A stretch of DNA of 64,000 nucleotides from an uncultured Candidatus Peribacteria bacterium (GTDB taxonomy: Bacteria; Patescibacteriota; Gracilibacteria; Peribacterales; Peribacteraceae). The notes under the pieces are model-generated. The model made no database searches, was not told the DNA's origin, and saw only the letters and a program-made list of their open reading frames with translations. Below, piece after piece: positions 63,489-64,000 of this stretch; the first letter of the stretch is position 1, and the number at the start of each line of letters is the position of its first letter. The position numbers and the translations under genes are program-made. The stretch is from assembly GCA_964640945.1 (NCBI GenBank), contig CAZXIV010000002.1:368-64367 (forward strand), given 5' to 3'.

Positions 63489-63550
63489 GCAAAATAGAGA
63501 CGACCCGCGTCTTTGCGCACAATACCCGCTCATCGGTAGGCTGCTCGCGG

Positions 63551-64000
63551 ATGGACTCCTCCCGCCTCTCGTTCGTCGTAGATGCCAGCCGTGCCTGGCT
63601 CGATCGCCATAGTCACATCGTGATGATTGCAGCCGCGGTGATATTCGCGATCTACTTCTCGACGCTCGGGGTGATGAACCACTGGGGTCTGCGCACGCAG
63701 ATGAACGACTTAGGGCACGTGGAGCAGGCTCTTTGGTCGGCCACCCAGGGCCACCTCTCCATGCCCGTTTCGGACCCCGCCTTCGCGTCGCGCTTCGTCA
63801 CCCATAGCAACTTCATCCTCTATCTTCTTGTCCCGCTGTACGCGCTTCTGCCCTTCAGCGAGACACTGCTCATCCTGAGTGCGCTGGCGGGCGCGGGCGC
63901 AGGTTATTTACTCTACCGACTGGCTAAACTCATTCTCGGCCAAGGCTGGGTAGCGCTCGTTTTCGGCCTGGCACTGCTCTGCAATCCTCTGGTGCAGAGC
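63551..64000 (+). CDS. DUF2079-like polytopic membrane protein, 3' partial
   Basis: ATG 63551 opens a frame that runs to the window end and is not in the track. 'HWGLRTQMNDLGHVEQALWSATQGH...HSNFILYLLVPLYALLP' resembles DUF2079 (putative glycosyltransferase-like) proteins. Confidence 0.5.
   Translation, partial: MDSSRLSFVVDASRAWLDRHSHIVMIAAAVIFAIYFSTLGVMNHWGLRTQMNDLGHVEQALWSATQGHLSMPVSDPAFASRFVTHSNFILYLLVPLYALLPFSETLLILSALAGAGAGYLLYRLAKLILGQGWVALVFGLALLCNPLVQS

Overview
High-GC (roughly 60-65% by eye) bacterial chromosomal segment, densely packed and mostly housekeeping. I support about 60 protein genes, one tRNA-Glu, and a set of promoters and terminators readable from the sequence.

Gene content in order:
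- secF, tig, an interrupted relA/spoT homologue, dtd, rplJ-rplL
- an LCP-family gene, and a lexA / Y-family polymerase SOS module
- valS, a K+ channel, rpsO-pnp, an RmuC-like gene plus pcrA/uvrD
- a translationally coupled 5-gene carotenoid operon (polyprenyl synthase, phytoene synthase, phytoene desaturase, UbiA prenyltransferase, GT2)
- rsmA, comEC, and an ECF sigma module
- a livHMK-type uptake operon with a decayed ATPase gene
- pyrG, uvrC, a membrane pyrophosphatase, rplY, bcp
- a MacAB-like efflux operon and an OmpR/HK two-component pair

No rRNA, CRISPR array, transposase or integrase was seen. TGA, TAA and TAG all act as stops in well-conserved genes.

Most interesting observations:
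1. An orphan near-consensus promoter, a structured RNA of about 195 nt and a terminator lie downstream of pyrG.
2. A GNAT-like domain of about 165 aa is inserted inside UvrC.
3. A low-GC four-helix-bundle (23S-IVS-protein family) gene, bracketed by inverted heptamer arrays, sits between lexA and the Y-family polymerase.
4. A shared palindrome GTGGAC-N4-GTSCAC occurs in the lexA and rmuC/pcrA promoters and is a candidate lineage-specific SOS box.
5. The RelA/SpoT homologue has an in-frame TAG at the conserved HD Asp position.
6. Unannotated small ORFs sit below the ORF-track cutoff.
7. Translation-initiation architecture is unusual: many predicted leaderless genes, and pyrimidine-rich rather than Shine-Dalgarno leaders.

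The gene repertoire (DUF5667, four-helix-bundle protein, short ComEC) resembles streamlined uncultivated lineages. Taxonomy cannot be established from this window. All family assignments are from my reading of the translated motifs, not from database searches.
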